Source: Octopus vulgaris (Eukaryota). Taken from it: a stretch of 64,000 nucleotides of DNA. The stretch covers positions 113,832,001 through 113,896,000 of the forward strand of contig OX597822.1 of the NCBI GenBank assembly GCA_951406725.2. The letters are read 5' to 3'. Position numbers and translations under genes: made by a program. This document shows positions 14,029 to 27,389 of the stretch, one piece after another; the first letter of the stretch is position 1, and the number at the start of each line of letters is the position of its first letter. The notes under the pieces were generated by a model that made no database searches, was not told the DNA's origin, and worked only from the letters and a program-made list of their open reading frames with translations.

Positions 14029-14774
14029 ATCAGGCATGTTTACTCTGAGTCACTATTTCATACATCTACTTACAAATTAATTGTTAAATAATTTTCATAG
14101 CTAATGTTTGCATAGTTTGTGAACTCATCATCTGCTCTGAATATCACTAGATGAAGTAGAAACAGTCTGCTACTTCTGTTTGAGATAACTTCTGTTACTT
14201 TAGATAATCTTATCAAGACGGTAATAACATGAGTGATGATAATTATATTATCTGTTTAATAGGTTTTAGTTGTAGATCATTGCCACCACTGTCATCATCA
14301 TTATCATCATTTTTACACTTATTTGTAACTGGTTATTAAATATTAAACCTCATTTTGCCAGAGCAGCTAACTGGCTTCTGTGCCGGTGACACATAAAAAG
14401 TACCATTCAAACATGATCATTACCAGCGTTGCCTTACTGGCACTTGTGCCGGTGGCATGTGTAAAAACATTCGAGCAAGGTCGTTGCCAGTACCGCCTGA
14501 CTGGTCCCCGTGCCGGTGGCACGTAAAAGCACCCACTACACTCTCAGAGTGGTTGGCATTAGGAAGGGCATCCAGCTGTAGAAACACTGCCAGATCAGAC
14601 TGGGCCTGGTGCAGCCTCCTTGCTTCCCAAACCCCGGTCGAACTGTCCAACCCGTGCTAGCATGGAAAGCAGACATTAAATGATGATGATGACGATGTAT
14701 GAAAATATATGTAAATATGTATAAGTATAAATATATAATGCATATGAAATAAATATGAAAGAACTTTTACTCAC

Positions 14775-14955
14775 CAATGTTTTTGTAATAGATTGGTACA
14801 AAAATATTCACTACTCGTCCAAGGCTAAGTAATCCCAGGCATAAAACAACTAACAACTGCAACACCAACTGACCTTTCGGCCACACCAATGGAAACATAA
14901 GCTTCATTTTCTTTGATATGTTTTTCCAAGTAGAAGTTTCTGATTGATTTTGGCC
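14775..14955 (-). CDS. ABCB6: ABCB6 coding exon 4 (start of ABC TMD1)
   Basis: Not in the ORF track frame. Hand translation: CAG|GQNQSETSTWKNISKKMKLMFPLVWPKGQLVLQLLVVLCLGLLSLGRVVNIFVPIYYKNI|GTGAGT. 181 nt, phase 0 to 1. Confidence 0.93.
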
Positions 14956-15116
14956 CTGTATCCAAATAATAAAATTGTTTAAATCTTAAATTTTTTGATA
15001 TTTGATATTTACAAGTTTCTCTCATATCAAATTGCAATCAACAATATTCTGAAAAATCTTTCTCTGGTCTCTCTCAGGAAGTTTAATTTCTTACATGATT
15101 ATCATTCTCATTTTAA

Positions 15117-15563
15117 CCCTTTCGTTACTGTATTTCTGTTGAGATGCTCTGTGTTTCGTAAAAAGCACCATCCGTCCATGGCCGTTTGCCAGCTCCGTCT
15201 GGCACCTGTGCGGGTGGCACGTAAAAAGCACCCACTACACTCACGGAGTGGTTGGCGTTAGGAAGGGCATCCAGCCGTAGAAACACTGCCAGATCAGACT
15301 GGGCCTGATGCAGCCTTCTGGCTTCACAGACCCCAGTTGAACCGTCCAACCCATGCTAGCATGGAAAGCGGACGCTAAATGATGATGATGATGATGATGA
15401 TGATAACAAAGAATTTAGTAAAATAACTTTTATCATTAAGCTAGTATTAGGAATATAAATTGTGACAAAGGTTTGGTGGAAGATTTTAATCCAAAACTTA
15501 TGAAAACAAGACATTTGTACCACTGAGCCAGAGCCGGTTTCAGCCGGGTTGGTAATGAAAGGG
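15117..15563. mobile_element. piggyBac-like MITE with a nested RTE tail
   Basis: TTAA|CCCTTTCGTTAC ... GTAATGAAAGGG|TTAA; an inverted sibling lies at 6581-6802. Confidence 0.85.
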
Positions 15564-17213
15564 TTAATGTCCCCTCTTCCACGTTTACAATGCTTTAGAT
15601 GAAATTTGTTGTTGAGGCAGATTTTCTATGGGCAGGTGCCCTTCCCGTTGGCAAACTTCACTTGTTTCCAAGCAAAGGAATATTTTCCCATGGCCAGACA
15701 TGTTTTCATGGAAGGATGGAACTGAAGGACTCCTCTGCATGTGTGACAGTAATACTTCATTATAACTATCATGTGGTGCGAAAACAAACAAACAAGCACA
15801 CGCATACATGCACACAAGCATGCATGCAAACCCACACATACAGATGCATATACATACATATGCACACATACACACACACAGACATATGGACATTTTTTCT
15901 TTGACCATCTCTCAAATCCACTCACAAAAGCTTTGGTTAGCCTGGGGCTATAGTAGAAGACACTTGCCCAAAGTGTTTGAACTCAAAACCCTGTGGCTGA
16001 AAAGCAAAGTTCTTAACCATGTAACTATGCTGGCAATATATGTTAGAAAATATTTCCTAACTATAGTATGAATAGGAGCAACTAAAAATAATTTAATGAT
16101 ATTTATAAAGAGAGCACGTAGTCTATAAATCACCTCAATATATTATTAGATGGTGGTGAGCTGGCAGAACCGTTAGCATGCCAGGCTAAATGTGTAGCCG
16201 TATTTCATCTGCCGTTACGTTCTGAGTTCAAATTCCGCCGAGGTCGACTTTGCCTTTCATCCTCCCGGGGTTGATAAATTAAGTACCAGTTATGCACTGG
16301 GGTCGATGTAATCGACTTAATCCGTTTGTCTGTCCTTGTTTGTCCCCTCTGTGTTTAGCCCCATGTGGGTAGTAAAGAAATATATATTATTAGATGTTAT
16401 TTTTTTCAACCCATGAGAAATATAAATGAAAATTAACTACAGCAGGATTTGAACTCGCAAAGCAGAATTTTGAAACTAAATAATAGCATTATAGACAGCT
16501 TGTTAACATGTCTATCAACTCACCACCCTAATCATCCTTTTATTACATTTATTATTTTTCAGGATCTCTGCTCTAAACTATATTAGATTTAATACATAAA
16601 GGAACTCTGCTCCAGACCTCACTAAATGTAATATACAGACTATCTCTGTATATTACATACATAGAAAATGTGCATGTATTACATTGTAATATATGGACTA
16701 TATCGCTATATATTACATTTAGTGCTTTAACATAAGCCACATTTAAAAACGAAACAATTAATATGTCAACTCATACAATGAAGGTGTGGCCCTATTTTTA
16801 AATTTGTTCAAAACCTGATATTTTTATTGCAATTCATGATTTCATTTTTCAATATCTTTCACTGATTCACGATATCTGGTTCAAGAAAATCCAGGTCACA
16901 TCTTACTTAGCCATGTATCAATACTTAAACACTTAGTTCACAAAATATTTAAGTGATAAAGGAATTCAGTTATATACACTCATGGAAAGAATAAAGGTAT
17001 CCTCTATCGTTAATTAATTTTTAATATTTTAATCTTTTCTATTTGCTTCATGTTTAGAACTTCCAAATTTTCCCCATTTCTCTTTGACTTGATTTTTTGA
17101 AAGTAGATGCTATGTTGAACAAGTACTTGTAATAATGGTCATATCAAAAACAACCATTAGTGCCTCCCCATTTCATCGAACTTCCTCTTTCACCAATTTT
17201 AATTTAGGTAATA

Positions 17214-17599
17214 CTAGCAGTATCGCCCGGCGTTGCTCGGGTTTGTAAGGGAAATAACTATAAAGCATTTTTAGAGAGTTATAGTCAAAAAATGCATTAA
17301 AAATGGAAAAAAAATTATGGTAAATTTTTATAAAAATCGTTGACTCATCGTAGACATTTTTAGAGAGTTACTTCCCTTATATAATAGCGAAAAAATGCAT
17401 TAAAATGGAAAAAAATGATGGTAATTTATTTTTAAAATCGTAGACTCATCGTAGACGTGCGCTAATACCCAGAAGTGCTCGATATGAATCACGACTATAA
17501 GATACCCGGTTTTGGTTAAACTGCACCGCAAAATGTGGGAGTAGTTAGGAATCTAAATCGTAGGAGACAGACACACAACCTTACTTTTATATATAAAGA
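17214..17599 (-). mobile_element. Non-autonomous Helitron, same family as 48716-49103, inverted
   Basis: Close reverse complement of the 48.7-kb copy, with the same TC...CTAG termini at an A|T site. Confidence 0.82.
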
Positions 17600-17859
17600 T
17601 ATGGTTCTTCAGACTATCGTCATCATTTAACGTCCACTTTCCATGCTAGCATGGGTTGGACGAATGACTGAGGACCGGTGAACCAGATGGCTGCGTGGGT
17701 CCTGACTAATCACGGGAAATAAACATAACCCAAACTTCACTTAATGGGGTCAAGCACAATTATAACCGCAGTTTTAGATTAATTTTATTCTTCCATAACA
17801 ACAACTTTGAGTTGTTGTTTAGTCCTAAGTTAGGTAGGACTCATCTTCCATCTGGTAAA

Positions 17860-18130
17860 TGACCCTTCTCAATATGCAGGAAAGGTGTAGGCAAGAATTC
17901 CATATGGTGTACCCAGTGCAAGCTATGGACACACAGGTGCAGTGAAATTACAGGTAAGTTAATGGAGAAAGTAGTGTTTGTATATGGAAGATGCACAAGT
18001 GTCATAAAAACCAAGGATACACAAGTAACTGATTCTCTCAAATGCCCTGGAGGCTCCCTAGAGGTAGAAGATAAAGTGACTTAATTAGCAGTGGAGGAAG
18101 ATGTTCTGAAAGAGCAGCTGCTAGAATAAG
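17860..18130 (+). mobile_element. Degenerate RTE LINE fragment (Cys-rich region)
   Basis: ICRKGVGKNSIWCTQCKLWTH motif. Confidence 0.55.
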
Positions 18131-18559
18131 AATAGGATGGAGAAAGATCAGAGAACTGTCACCTCTGTTGTCAACAAAACATCTCCCCCCCCTCTCTTTC
18201 TCTCTCTCTCTCTCTCTCTCTGTCCTCTTGCTTAGACTTCATGCGATAACTGTGAGGGTCACCATCATGCAAGCACAGTCCTTTGTTTCCAATCTTCCAG
18301 GACATGTCTGGTCATGGGGAAATATTACCGCATTTGGAAATAGATGTGTGTTGGAGACAGGAAGAGCATCTGCCCATAGAAATCTACCACAACAAATTCT
18401 ATCAAACCATGCGAGCATGGAAAAATGGATGCCATGATGATGATGATGATGATGACGACGACAATGATGATGATGATAACTTCCAATAGATTGCAGACAC
18501 TCTAGAATTGTGAAAATATGTTGAAAGGGTGGAATGCCTCACTATTTGTGGAAAAACCA

Positions 18560-21110
18560 AAGAGGGAGATAATAAAGTTTATATAAATTCTGAAAAGCTG
18601 CTCGTAAGCACTGAATAATGACAAGTGTAAGTTTTCCACTGGTTCTACTTGTATTGTAAGCTATCAAATTAACCACAACACATCCTGACCTCACACATTT
18701 AACCTCACTTAAACACCCTAACCCATCTAATACAAAATCCTTGTATTAAATAATAATTTCCTTCCTTTATTATTCCTGATGGTTTCCTAACTTCTCAGAA
18801 ACAATGAAACCCATTAATCAATGCCCAGTTTCTACTCTGACAGGAAGCTGCAGCAAAAGCAGTCAATGGCTTAGAAAAACAGCTGCTATAGTGTCTGTTA
18901 AGGCTACGACAGATGGAGATGGATTGTTTACCATGGAAACGGACAACTCTGAAGCTGCCATTGGAGCAGGGTTAATTTTAGCAAAATGATAGAAGCATGC
19001 TTTTCTTGGTCACTAAATTCTGCCAAAGAATATCATTGCATGGAAGGAAAAGAGGTTTATATCATAGTTGAGGCTGTTAAAAAGTGGCACCACTTTCTTT
19101 TAGGTGATTGATTTAACCTAGTGAGTGATCAAAAATTTCTCATATGATTGATATAAACAAAGAAAGTGTGATTAAAAATTAGAAACTATCAGGCTAATGA
19201 TTAAACTTCATGCCATTCTGTTTCATCATCATCATCATCATCGTTTAACGTCCGCTTTCCATGCTAGCATGGGTTGGACGATTTGACTGAGGTCTGGCGT
19301 ACCTGACTCCGATCTGATCTGGCAGAGTTTCTACAGCTGGATGCCCTTCCTAACGCCAACCACTCCGATAGTGTAGTGGGTGCTTTTACGTGCCACCAGC
19401 ATGGGGGCCAGTCAGGCAGTACTAGCAATGACTTCGCTCAAATCTTTTTACACATGCCACGGGCACAGGTGCCAGTAAGGCGACGCTGGTAACGATCACG
19501 CTCGAATGGTGCCTAGGATACTTTAATTTTGCCAGAGTTGCATTATTGCATGATTTCTGTTGGGCTACTTTGTAGGATAACCTCTTAGAACTCCACAAAT
19601 CTCTCTTGTTACCCTGGCATTACACTGTTTGGTCCCTCTTGTTTAGAGTGTGAAATCATCTGTATTTGGTGGACAACATTAAACATATTTGTAAGATGCC
19701 ACACGACATCAACAACAACATCAGCCTCATCAGATACATATGTCCCTTTGAGTATTGATTTTAATAGTCTGTTTGCATCATTGTCAAGTAATAAATATAT
19801 CTATTGATTGATTATCAATTATATTCCTGTTTTCCATCTTGTTTTCTTTATCACATCAACCGTCATTTATTGCTTAACTATTTTATTTTCTATTTCAGGT
19901 TTATCTGCATGTAGGAGTGGCTGTGTGGTAAGTAGCTTGCTTACAAACCACATGGTTCCAAGTTCAGTTCCACTGCATGACACCTTTTGCAAGTGTCTTC
20001 TACTAAAGCTTCAAGCCGACCAAAGCCCTGTGAGTGGATTTGGTAGACGGAAACTGAAAGAAGCCCATCATATATATGTATATGTATACCCATGCCAACC
20101 CCACTTTGCTTGTGAAGACATGTTGGGGCAAGCAAAATCGAAATCGAATTGAACCAGCCAGGATCCCTGGTCTGGTGGTACGTAAAAAGCTCTATCCAAC
20201 TCGTGGCCGATACCAGCACCGCCTCGACTGGCTTCCGTGCTGGTGGCACATAAAATACACCAATCCGACCATGGCCGTTGCCAGCCTCGCCTGGCACCTG
20301 TGCAGGTGGCACGTAAAAAGCACCCACTACACTCACGGAGTGGTTGACGTTAGGAAGGGCATCCAGCTGTAGAAACATTGCCAGATAAGACCGGAGCCTG
20401 GTGCAGCCTTCTGGCTTCCCAGATCCCCGGTCGAACCGTCCAACCCATGCTAGCATAGAGAACGGACGTTAAACGATGATGATGATGATGATGATGTATG
20501 TGTGTCTCTGTTTGTCCCCCACAACATCGCTTGACAACCAATGCTGGTGTGTTTATGTCCCCGTAACTTAGCGGTTCGGCAAAAGAGACCGATAGAATAA
20601 GTACTAGGCTTACAAAGAATGAGTCCTGGGGTCGATTTACTCAACTAAAGGCGATGCTCCAGCATGGCCACAGTCACATGACTGAAACAAGTAAAAGAGA
20701 GTAAAAGAGAGAGAGTATGTATTTACAGAAACCATGAAAATTTGTGTCTTCTGAAATGAAGACTTTTTATAATGGACAAGGGGTATCCTAAGGAGACACT
20801 CAATCCCTTAACACCTACTAGAAATGGGAAACAAGGATTATGTTGGAATCATCTGGAAAATATTAGCCCTACAATCTAAAAATTTATCTATCTCCACATG
20901 GGAGCTTTCCTACCTGAGACCTTATGTGGCATAACCCCTATTGTATACATTCACAAACTCAACATTTCACGAACAACTCTTTCCTATTCCGCAAAAGAAA
21001 AAAAATGGCCACAGGAACGAACATTAATAAGCTGACATTCTTTGCCTGAAAAGGTTCTTCTGAAGACATGTATCCATATAAAAGAGAATCCTTTAGTCTA
21101 AGAAGTTTCC
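18560..21110 (+). mobile_element. Highly degenerate Gypsy/Ty3 pol relic, interrupted by SINE and RTE insertions
   Basis: RNase H motifs FTMETDNSEAAIGAGL and KEVYIIVEAVKKWHHFLLG..FNLVSDQK; weaker integrase-like traces near 19590 and 20770-20930. Confidence 0.7.
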
Positions 21111-21796
21111 TTACTTATGTGTATTTTATACACATGGTACTGAAAACATGAAAAAACATCATGTTTTCAGACATCATCATCATCATCATCGTTTAGCGTC
21201 CGTTTTCCATGCTAGCATGGGTTGGACGGTTCGACCGGGGTTCTGGGAAGCCAGAAGGCTGCATCAGGCCCAGTCAAATCTGGCAGTGTTTCTACGGCTG
21301 GATGCCCTTCCTAACGCCAACCACTCCGTGAGTGTAGTGGGTGCTTTTTACGTGCCACCCGCACAGGTGCCAGACAGAGCTGGCAAACGGCCACAAACGG
21401 ATGGTGCTTTTTATGTGCCACCGGCACGAGGGCCAGGCGAGGCTGGCAATGGACACGAAACGGGGCGGTGCTGGCAACGGTCGCGAAACGGAAGGTTCTC
21501 TTACATGCCACCGGCACTGGTAACACATCTGCAATTTCCATTGATCGATTTCGATTCTGATCCTCATGAACAGATAAAAATATTCATCCGTTCTGAATCC
21601 TACAACTGAACATATGAATGTCTAATGTATTTTCTAACAAATTTCAGTATATTTTTCTAATTCTCTTTTGATTTGTTTATGAATATTTTTGCTTATATAT
21701 TGTCACACTGCTTCTTTATTTCAGTTGTTTGAATAATCAATAACATGAAACTCTAACGCTCCTCAAATCTTCATTTATTTACATATGTGTGTGTGT

Positions 21797-22100
21797 GGAG
21801 GCACATGGCCTAGTGGTTAGAGCAGTGGACTCGCAGTCGAGGGATCATGAGTTTGAATCTCAGACCAGGCAATGTGCGTGTTTATGAGCGAAACACCCAA
21901 ATTCTACGCGGCCTTCTGGCAGAAGGTAATGGCGAACTTCTGCTGACTGTTTCGCCACAACTTTCTCTCACTCTTTCCTCCTGCATCTTGCAGCTCACCT
22001 GTGATGGACCGGCGTCCTGTCCAGGTGGGGAACCTATACGCCAAGGAAACTGGGAAAGTGGCCCTTATGAGCCAGGCATGGCTCGAGAAGGAACAAACAA
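21797..22100 (+). mobile_element. tRNA-derived SINE (related copies 25203-25310, 44566-44790, 58063-58430)
   Basis: GGAGGCACATGGCCTAGTGGTTAGAGCAG...GAGTTTGAATCTC tRNA-like head; short AAC-rich tail. Confidence 0.75.
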
Positions 22101-22108
22101 TATATGAT

Positions 22109-22142
<34 letters not shown>

Positions 22143-22838
22143 AACAACATTGCTTAGATATTGAATGGAATAATTTGAAACAAATTAATGTGATCTCAAG
22201 ACTTGTTTTCCAATTAAGATACATCGCCATTGCTTATTAATGAAATTATCAAATGTTATGTGGAATTTCAAGGAACAACAAGCAAAAAAAAAGGAAGAGA
22301 AAAATTAGATGTTCTTCATACATGTGATGAAGTCATTTGATGGAAATGGGAGATGAGAAAAAACAGGTACAATTCTAAGAATGCATTGGTCCAACCCATG
22401 CTAGCATGGAAAGCGGACGTTAAACGATGATGATGATGATGAGCGGCGAGCCGGGCGCTACGTTCTGAGTTCAAATTCCGTCGAGGTCGACTTTGCCTTT
22501 CATCCTTTCGGGGTCGATTAAATAAGTACTAGTTACATACTGGGGTCGATACAATCGACTTAATCTGTTTTCTGTCATTGTTTGTCCTCTCCGTGTTTAG
22601 CCCCTTGTGGGTAGTAAAGAAAGAGATGATGATGATGGTACAAAGTAAAGCTTGAAAATAATTAGTTTTCACCACATGCAAACAAGTGTTTTAAATTTAA
22701 AAAAAAAATTAATTGTATGAACTAATTAACCCTAACAAATAAAATCAATAAATAACAAAGTATTATTACATTTCTTCTGATATAAGAACACTTAAAATTT
22801 CATTTTTTTACATTTTTAATCAAAATTTTAATATTTAC

Positions 22839-22971
22839 CTGTTCCTCATCTTGAAGAAGTAAATGGTAAGTGCCTCGAGGAACACCAGGTGCACAAAAAC
22901 CCAAGATAAACAGTGACATTGTGCACAGATAACGCAGTAGCCATAATGAAAATTCAATCTTTTGAGATTCA
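22839..22971 (-). CDS. ABCB6: ABCB6 coding exon 3
   Basis: TTTCAG|ESQKIEFSLWLLRYLCTMSLFILGFCAPGVPRGTYHLLLQDEEQ|GTAAAT, resembling ABCB6 'FSLW.LRY....LF.LG..APG'. 133 nt, phase 2 to 0. Confidence 0.92.
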
Positions 22972-24029
22972 CTGAAACAGAACACAAGACTCAGATAACA
23001 TTGTAACAAAAGGAGAAGCTTAAATTTTTAATTTAGAAAATGAAATTTTGTGTCGGTGGCACGTAAAAAGCACCAACCGATCGTGGCCGTTTGCCAGCCT
23101 CCTCTGGCCCCTGTGCGGGTGGCACGTAAAAAGCACCCACTACACTCATGGAGTGGTTAGCGTTAGGAAGGGCATCCAGCTGTAGAAACACTGCCAGATC
23201 AGACTGGAGCCTGGTGCAGCCTTCTGGCTTCCCAGACCCCGGTTGAACTGTCCAACCCATGCTAGCATGGGAAACAGACATTAATTAAACCTATATTTAA
23301 TACATGTACACTTACAAACAAACCCTTTGTATTCATTCGAAGATCTTAAGATCTTATTGGCATAAACATATTTAACTTGTACAACTCAGATAAAGTTGCC
23401 ACTGGGAACTACTTCCATTACAATGGATTTTGTTTTGTTCGGCAGCGGCGGAGCCTGGTACAGCCGTCTGGTTTGCCAGCCCTCAGTCGAAATCGTCCAA
23501 CCCATGCTAGCATGGAAAGTGGACGTTAAACGATGATGATGATGATCAGGCTAAGTAAAATCCCAGCCATCCATACATACAGGCAAGTCTTTTATGCCCA
23601 TTCCCCCGACTCCCCCTCCCAGCTGAGAGGTCTTTGTCTTGCAGATGCTGGTGCCATGTAGAAATGCACTTGTGTTGGTGTCACATGGATGCACCTGTGC
23701 TGGTGGCAAATGAGAAGCATCCAGCACACTTTGTAAAGTGGTTGGCATTAGGAAGGGCATCCAGCCATAGAAACCATACCAAAACAGACAACTGGAACCT
23801 GGAAAACTCTGCAGCTGGCCAGACCCCTGTCGAACTGTCCAACACATGCCAGCATGGAAAACAGACGTTAAACGATGATGATGATGATGAATTACATTAA
23901 TAGGAGTTTTATAGGAATAATAGTAATGAAAAAACTAATATAAATCAAAAGAAATATGAAAACCTATTTCTAGTATTTTAGAAAAAATGAATTCTGTTAT
24001 GAATGTGAAAAATAGCGTTTAATACTTAC

Positions 24030-24322
24030 CCCCTTAAATGCCACCACCATTCTGGACTAAACCAAGATACAAAAGCAATATTCTCTCGTACATATGTTAA
24101 AGTCCAAAAGACAAGCAAAACAAGTCCATGGCTTCTTGTAGGTATTGAGGGCAAGGCACGGTGTCTTTCTAAGCATACTAGTTTCATTGTTATAGCCCAG
24201 CCACAAAGGTACACGAGACAAGTGAAGAGCTGATAGCCATAAACAGTGCGACCATCTTCAGCTGTGTCAATCAGTACAATATGAAGAATAGACTCAAATA
24301 TCAAGACTGAAGTAGCAAGAAT
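24030..24322 (-). CDS. ABCB6: ABCB6 coding exon 2 (TMD0)
   Basis: TTTTCAG|ILATSVLIFE...LERHRALPSIPTRSHGLVLLVFWTL...ENIAFVSWFSPEWWWHLR|GTAAGT. 293 nt, phase 0 to 2. Confidence 0.92.
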
Positions 24323-26090
24323 CTGAAAACAAGAACAAAGCAAAATAAGTACCAATGATATCCAACGCTGAGCAGAGAGGAAATGGTTATGTATCTGATA
24401 TTTTATTTAACAGGCCATATTTTCTAGCATACAAACCAACACACAAAAACTGTTAGATTCACTTCAATATTTAAATTAAACTTAAATGTTGAAGTGAATC
24501 GAACGGCTTTTGTGTGTTTCTTAAATGGCTTATAAACACCTTCCACGCTGCAATTGTTTTCGTTTCAGCACACGATCTCAGATCAAATTACTTGCTATGC
24601 GAGTACATCTCCGTAATATTTAAATTTAATTTGCTAAAATATTTTCGTCGCTTTGAGACCGTGACCTGTTCACTGACAAAACTCCGAGATGCACGGAATT
24701 TTGTTAGTGCCACAAGGGGCTAAACACAGAGGGAACAAACAAGGACAGACAAAGGGATTAAGTCGATTTCATATCTGATTCATGGAAGGTACAATTATAA
24801 AAACTTAGCTTTCATTTATTAATCAGAAGATAAACACAAATATTTACACTTTGGATTCTGACAGATAAAAGTAGATAGAAACTCAGAGAATTAATATAAT
24901 TATGGTTTATTTCCCCGTAATAATTGTCTTTATTTTGAATAATTAGAAATGAATTTCAAATTTCTGATAGAATAATAAAATAACAGAGTACAAATGAAAT
25001 ATAAAAGCTGATAAAAAGGGCATAAAATGGAGACACCTGTGTGCATGGGTCTGATGTTCCTAATTATAAAAAGAAACAGTTTGATGAAAAATTACCTTTT
25101 TGTTTTTGTTTGTAATTATGAACGCAAACACAAGGAGGGTTGCTCATTACTACAGATATGAATTAATTCATTGTTTTATGATATACCTCATGTTCAAGAT
25201 TAGGAGGCGCAATGGCCCAGTGGTTAGGGCAGCGGACTCGCGGTCATAGGATGGCGGTTTTACGTGCCATTCCCAGACCGGGCCAGTTGTGAGTGTTTAC
25301 TGGCGAAAATTACCTAAAATTTTGATGACAGCCTTTCATCGGCAGGAAAAGATATCATGTGTGCAGAAAGAATATTCTAGACATATTATGCTGAGTTTGT
25401 GGAACATTTTCCAGTGTTATGCCAATGATCTTCATAAACATAATCAACACGAGTACTAAAACTTCATAAAGGAACATGGTTGTCACTCTCTGTCCTATTG
25501 CTGGCACCTGGCCAAGAATTTTCTACTGTATCCCAAAGATGCACGTGTCTTGTGAATGGATATGGTCAGCCACGGATACAGAATTTCACGAGCAGGCTTG
25601 TTGTATGTATGGATGTGTGTGTGTGTGTGTGTGTGTGTGTGCTTCCTTCCATGTTCAACATAAAAAGATGTACTGACAAGAAATACAATTTTACTCTAAT
25701 TACAGAAAAGTTAAAAGCTGAATAACAAGAAGTTTTGTTTTGGGATTTGGTTTGCAAGATTCTTTATGTGAGTTTGTGTGTTGAAGCATATTCTGTTGTG
25801 TCTGGGGAGAGTCATTGTCTTTTAGTACCTTATAATGTAACACACTCACCAGTAAAATTTCCACTTATTAGGACAATAAAAATAAGAAAAAAGTAGAAAT
25901 TTTACCGGTGAGTGTGTTCCATTATAAGGCACAAAAAGAAAATGACTCTCCCCAGACACAACAGAATGAGAAGTTTGTATATCATAAACTGAATTTCAGT
26001 ATTTCAACTTTTATAGTCATCACTCAGATGTGTTTAACCAGAATTATGATGGAAAATCGAAAATATTTACAATAGCCAAGCTAGACTTAC

Positions 26091-26297
26091 TTGTGTAACA
26101 TATCCGAAATTAAATGGTTTATACTTCTTCTCTACTGAAGTTGAGTACCGGTTGTACATCCATATCTGTATTGTCCCAAAAACAGCAATGATGAAAAATA
26201 AAACACTGTTCGTTACAGTATCAATAAAGCAATGGTTCAGACCATTATTTCTCCAATAGACATTAATGGCTGATCCATTTTCACAGTACTGCATCAT
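26091..26297 (-). CDS. ABCB6: ABCB6/HMT-1 ABC half-transporter, coding exon 1 (TMD0 N-terminus)
   Basis: MMQYCENGSAINVYWRNNGLNHCFIDTV...GYVTQ resembles the ABCB6 N-terminus (YC...GL..CF). Donor CAA|GTAAGT at 26090, phase 0. An acceptor (polyT-GCAG) ending at 26334 implies an upstream non-coding exon. Confidence 0.88.
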
Positions 26298-26955
26298 CTT
26301 GAATATCTATCAATTAGTTTAGCATGTCAAATTCTGCAAAACATTAAAAAAAAAAAAAATTTAATAGCATTGTTATATTTTTAATTTCATAATTTCTTGA
26401 TAAAAAAAAAAAAGAAAATTTACATAAACTAAAAGCCATCCAAAGAAATAATAATGATATTAGAATTTCAGACATTTTAATAATTTCTCACAAAATACTG
26501 AAATAAAACTGCAGTTATAAATATTAATCTTTCCTTGAGACAAGGAATATGACCCTTTTTTTTTTAATTATTATTAACCCTTTATAGTCCATAGTCGTCA
26601 CATGAGAACTAAAAAAGCTATGTTCTATAAAATATCACAAATTGCTTCCATTGTCAGATGGATTGTGCAATCGGAGTCTCCCACGGTGCTTTTCATTCTT
26701 GAGTATAAGATGATGGCAGCTGCGAGCTTGTGTGGACCTGGAAAGCTAGTGCAGCCAACCTTGGAGGAAGTAAGCTTGACCTTTTACTATTGTTATTGTA
26801 TGAAGTTTGTTTCTTGATAAGTTACTGTTATACAGGGTAAAGTTAGTACTTACATATTGAATACTTCTCGTGCTGGGCAACAAATATAATGAGGGTGATA
26901 GAAGAAGGCTTTTCTTTTAGTTGCAATATGACAACTTTGGACTTCAAAAGTTGTT

Positions 26956-27389
26956 TTACTACAAAAACAGGTGTAATGACTGGTCATGTTATTGACCTTT
27001 TATGCTTATATAGATATGTGGAATGTGTTGTAAATTGCATATAAAGAGACCTACTACCTAGTGGAGGGCTGGGTTTGTTGTAATTCCCTACCTTACAAAC
27101 ACATTTGAACCCTGACCCTTGTCACGTAACAATCAAAGTTTGTTTTTGTGTCCTTCATGTTTTACTACAAAAACAGGTGTAATGACTGGTCATGTTATTG
27201 ACCTTTTATGCTTATATAGATATGTGGAATGTGTTGTAAATTGCATATAAAGAGACCTACTACCCAGTGGAGGGCTGGGTTTGTTGTAATTCCCCACCTT
27301 ACATTACCATTCGACTCTATCATTCAAACCCATTTGAACCCTGACCCTTGTCACATAACAATCAAAGCTTGTTTTTGTGTCCTTCGTGT
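26956..27389. repeat. Local tandem duplication (~205 bp x2)
   Basis: TTTACTACAAAAACAGGTGTAATGAC...TTTGTGTCCTTC repeats at 27161; the second copy carries a ~20-nt extra segment. Confidence 0.9.

Noticed and set aside
24620-24700. Penelope-type hammerhead ribozymes (also ~47730-47770 and ~14100-14135)
   Set aside because: Only partial GAAA or CUGAAGA-like words; a complete core with three helices could not be built by eye. An Infernal search would settle it.
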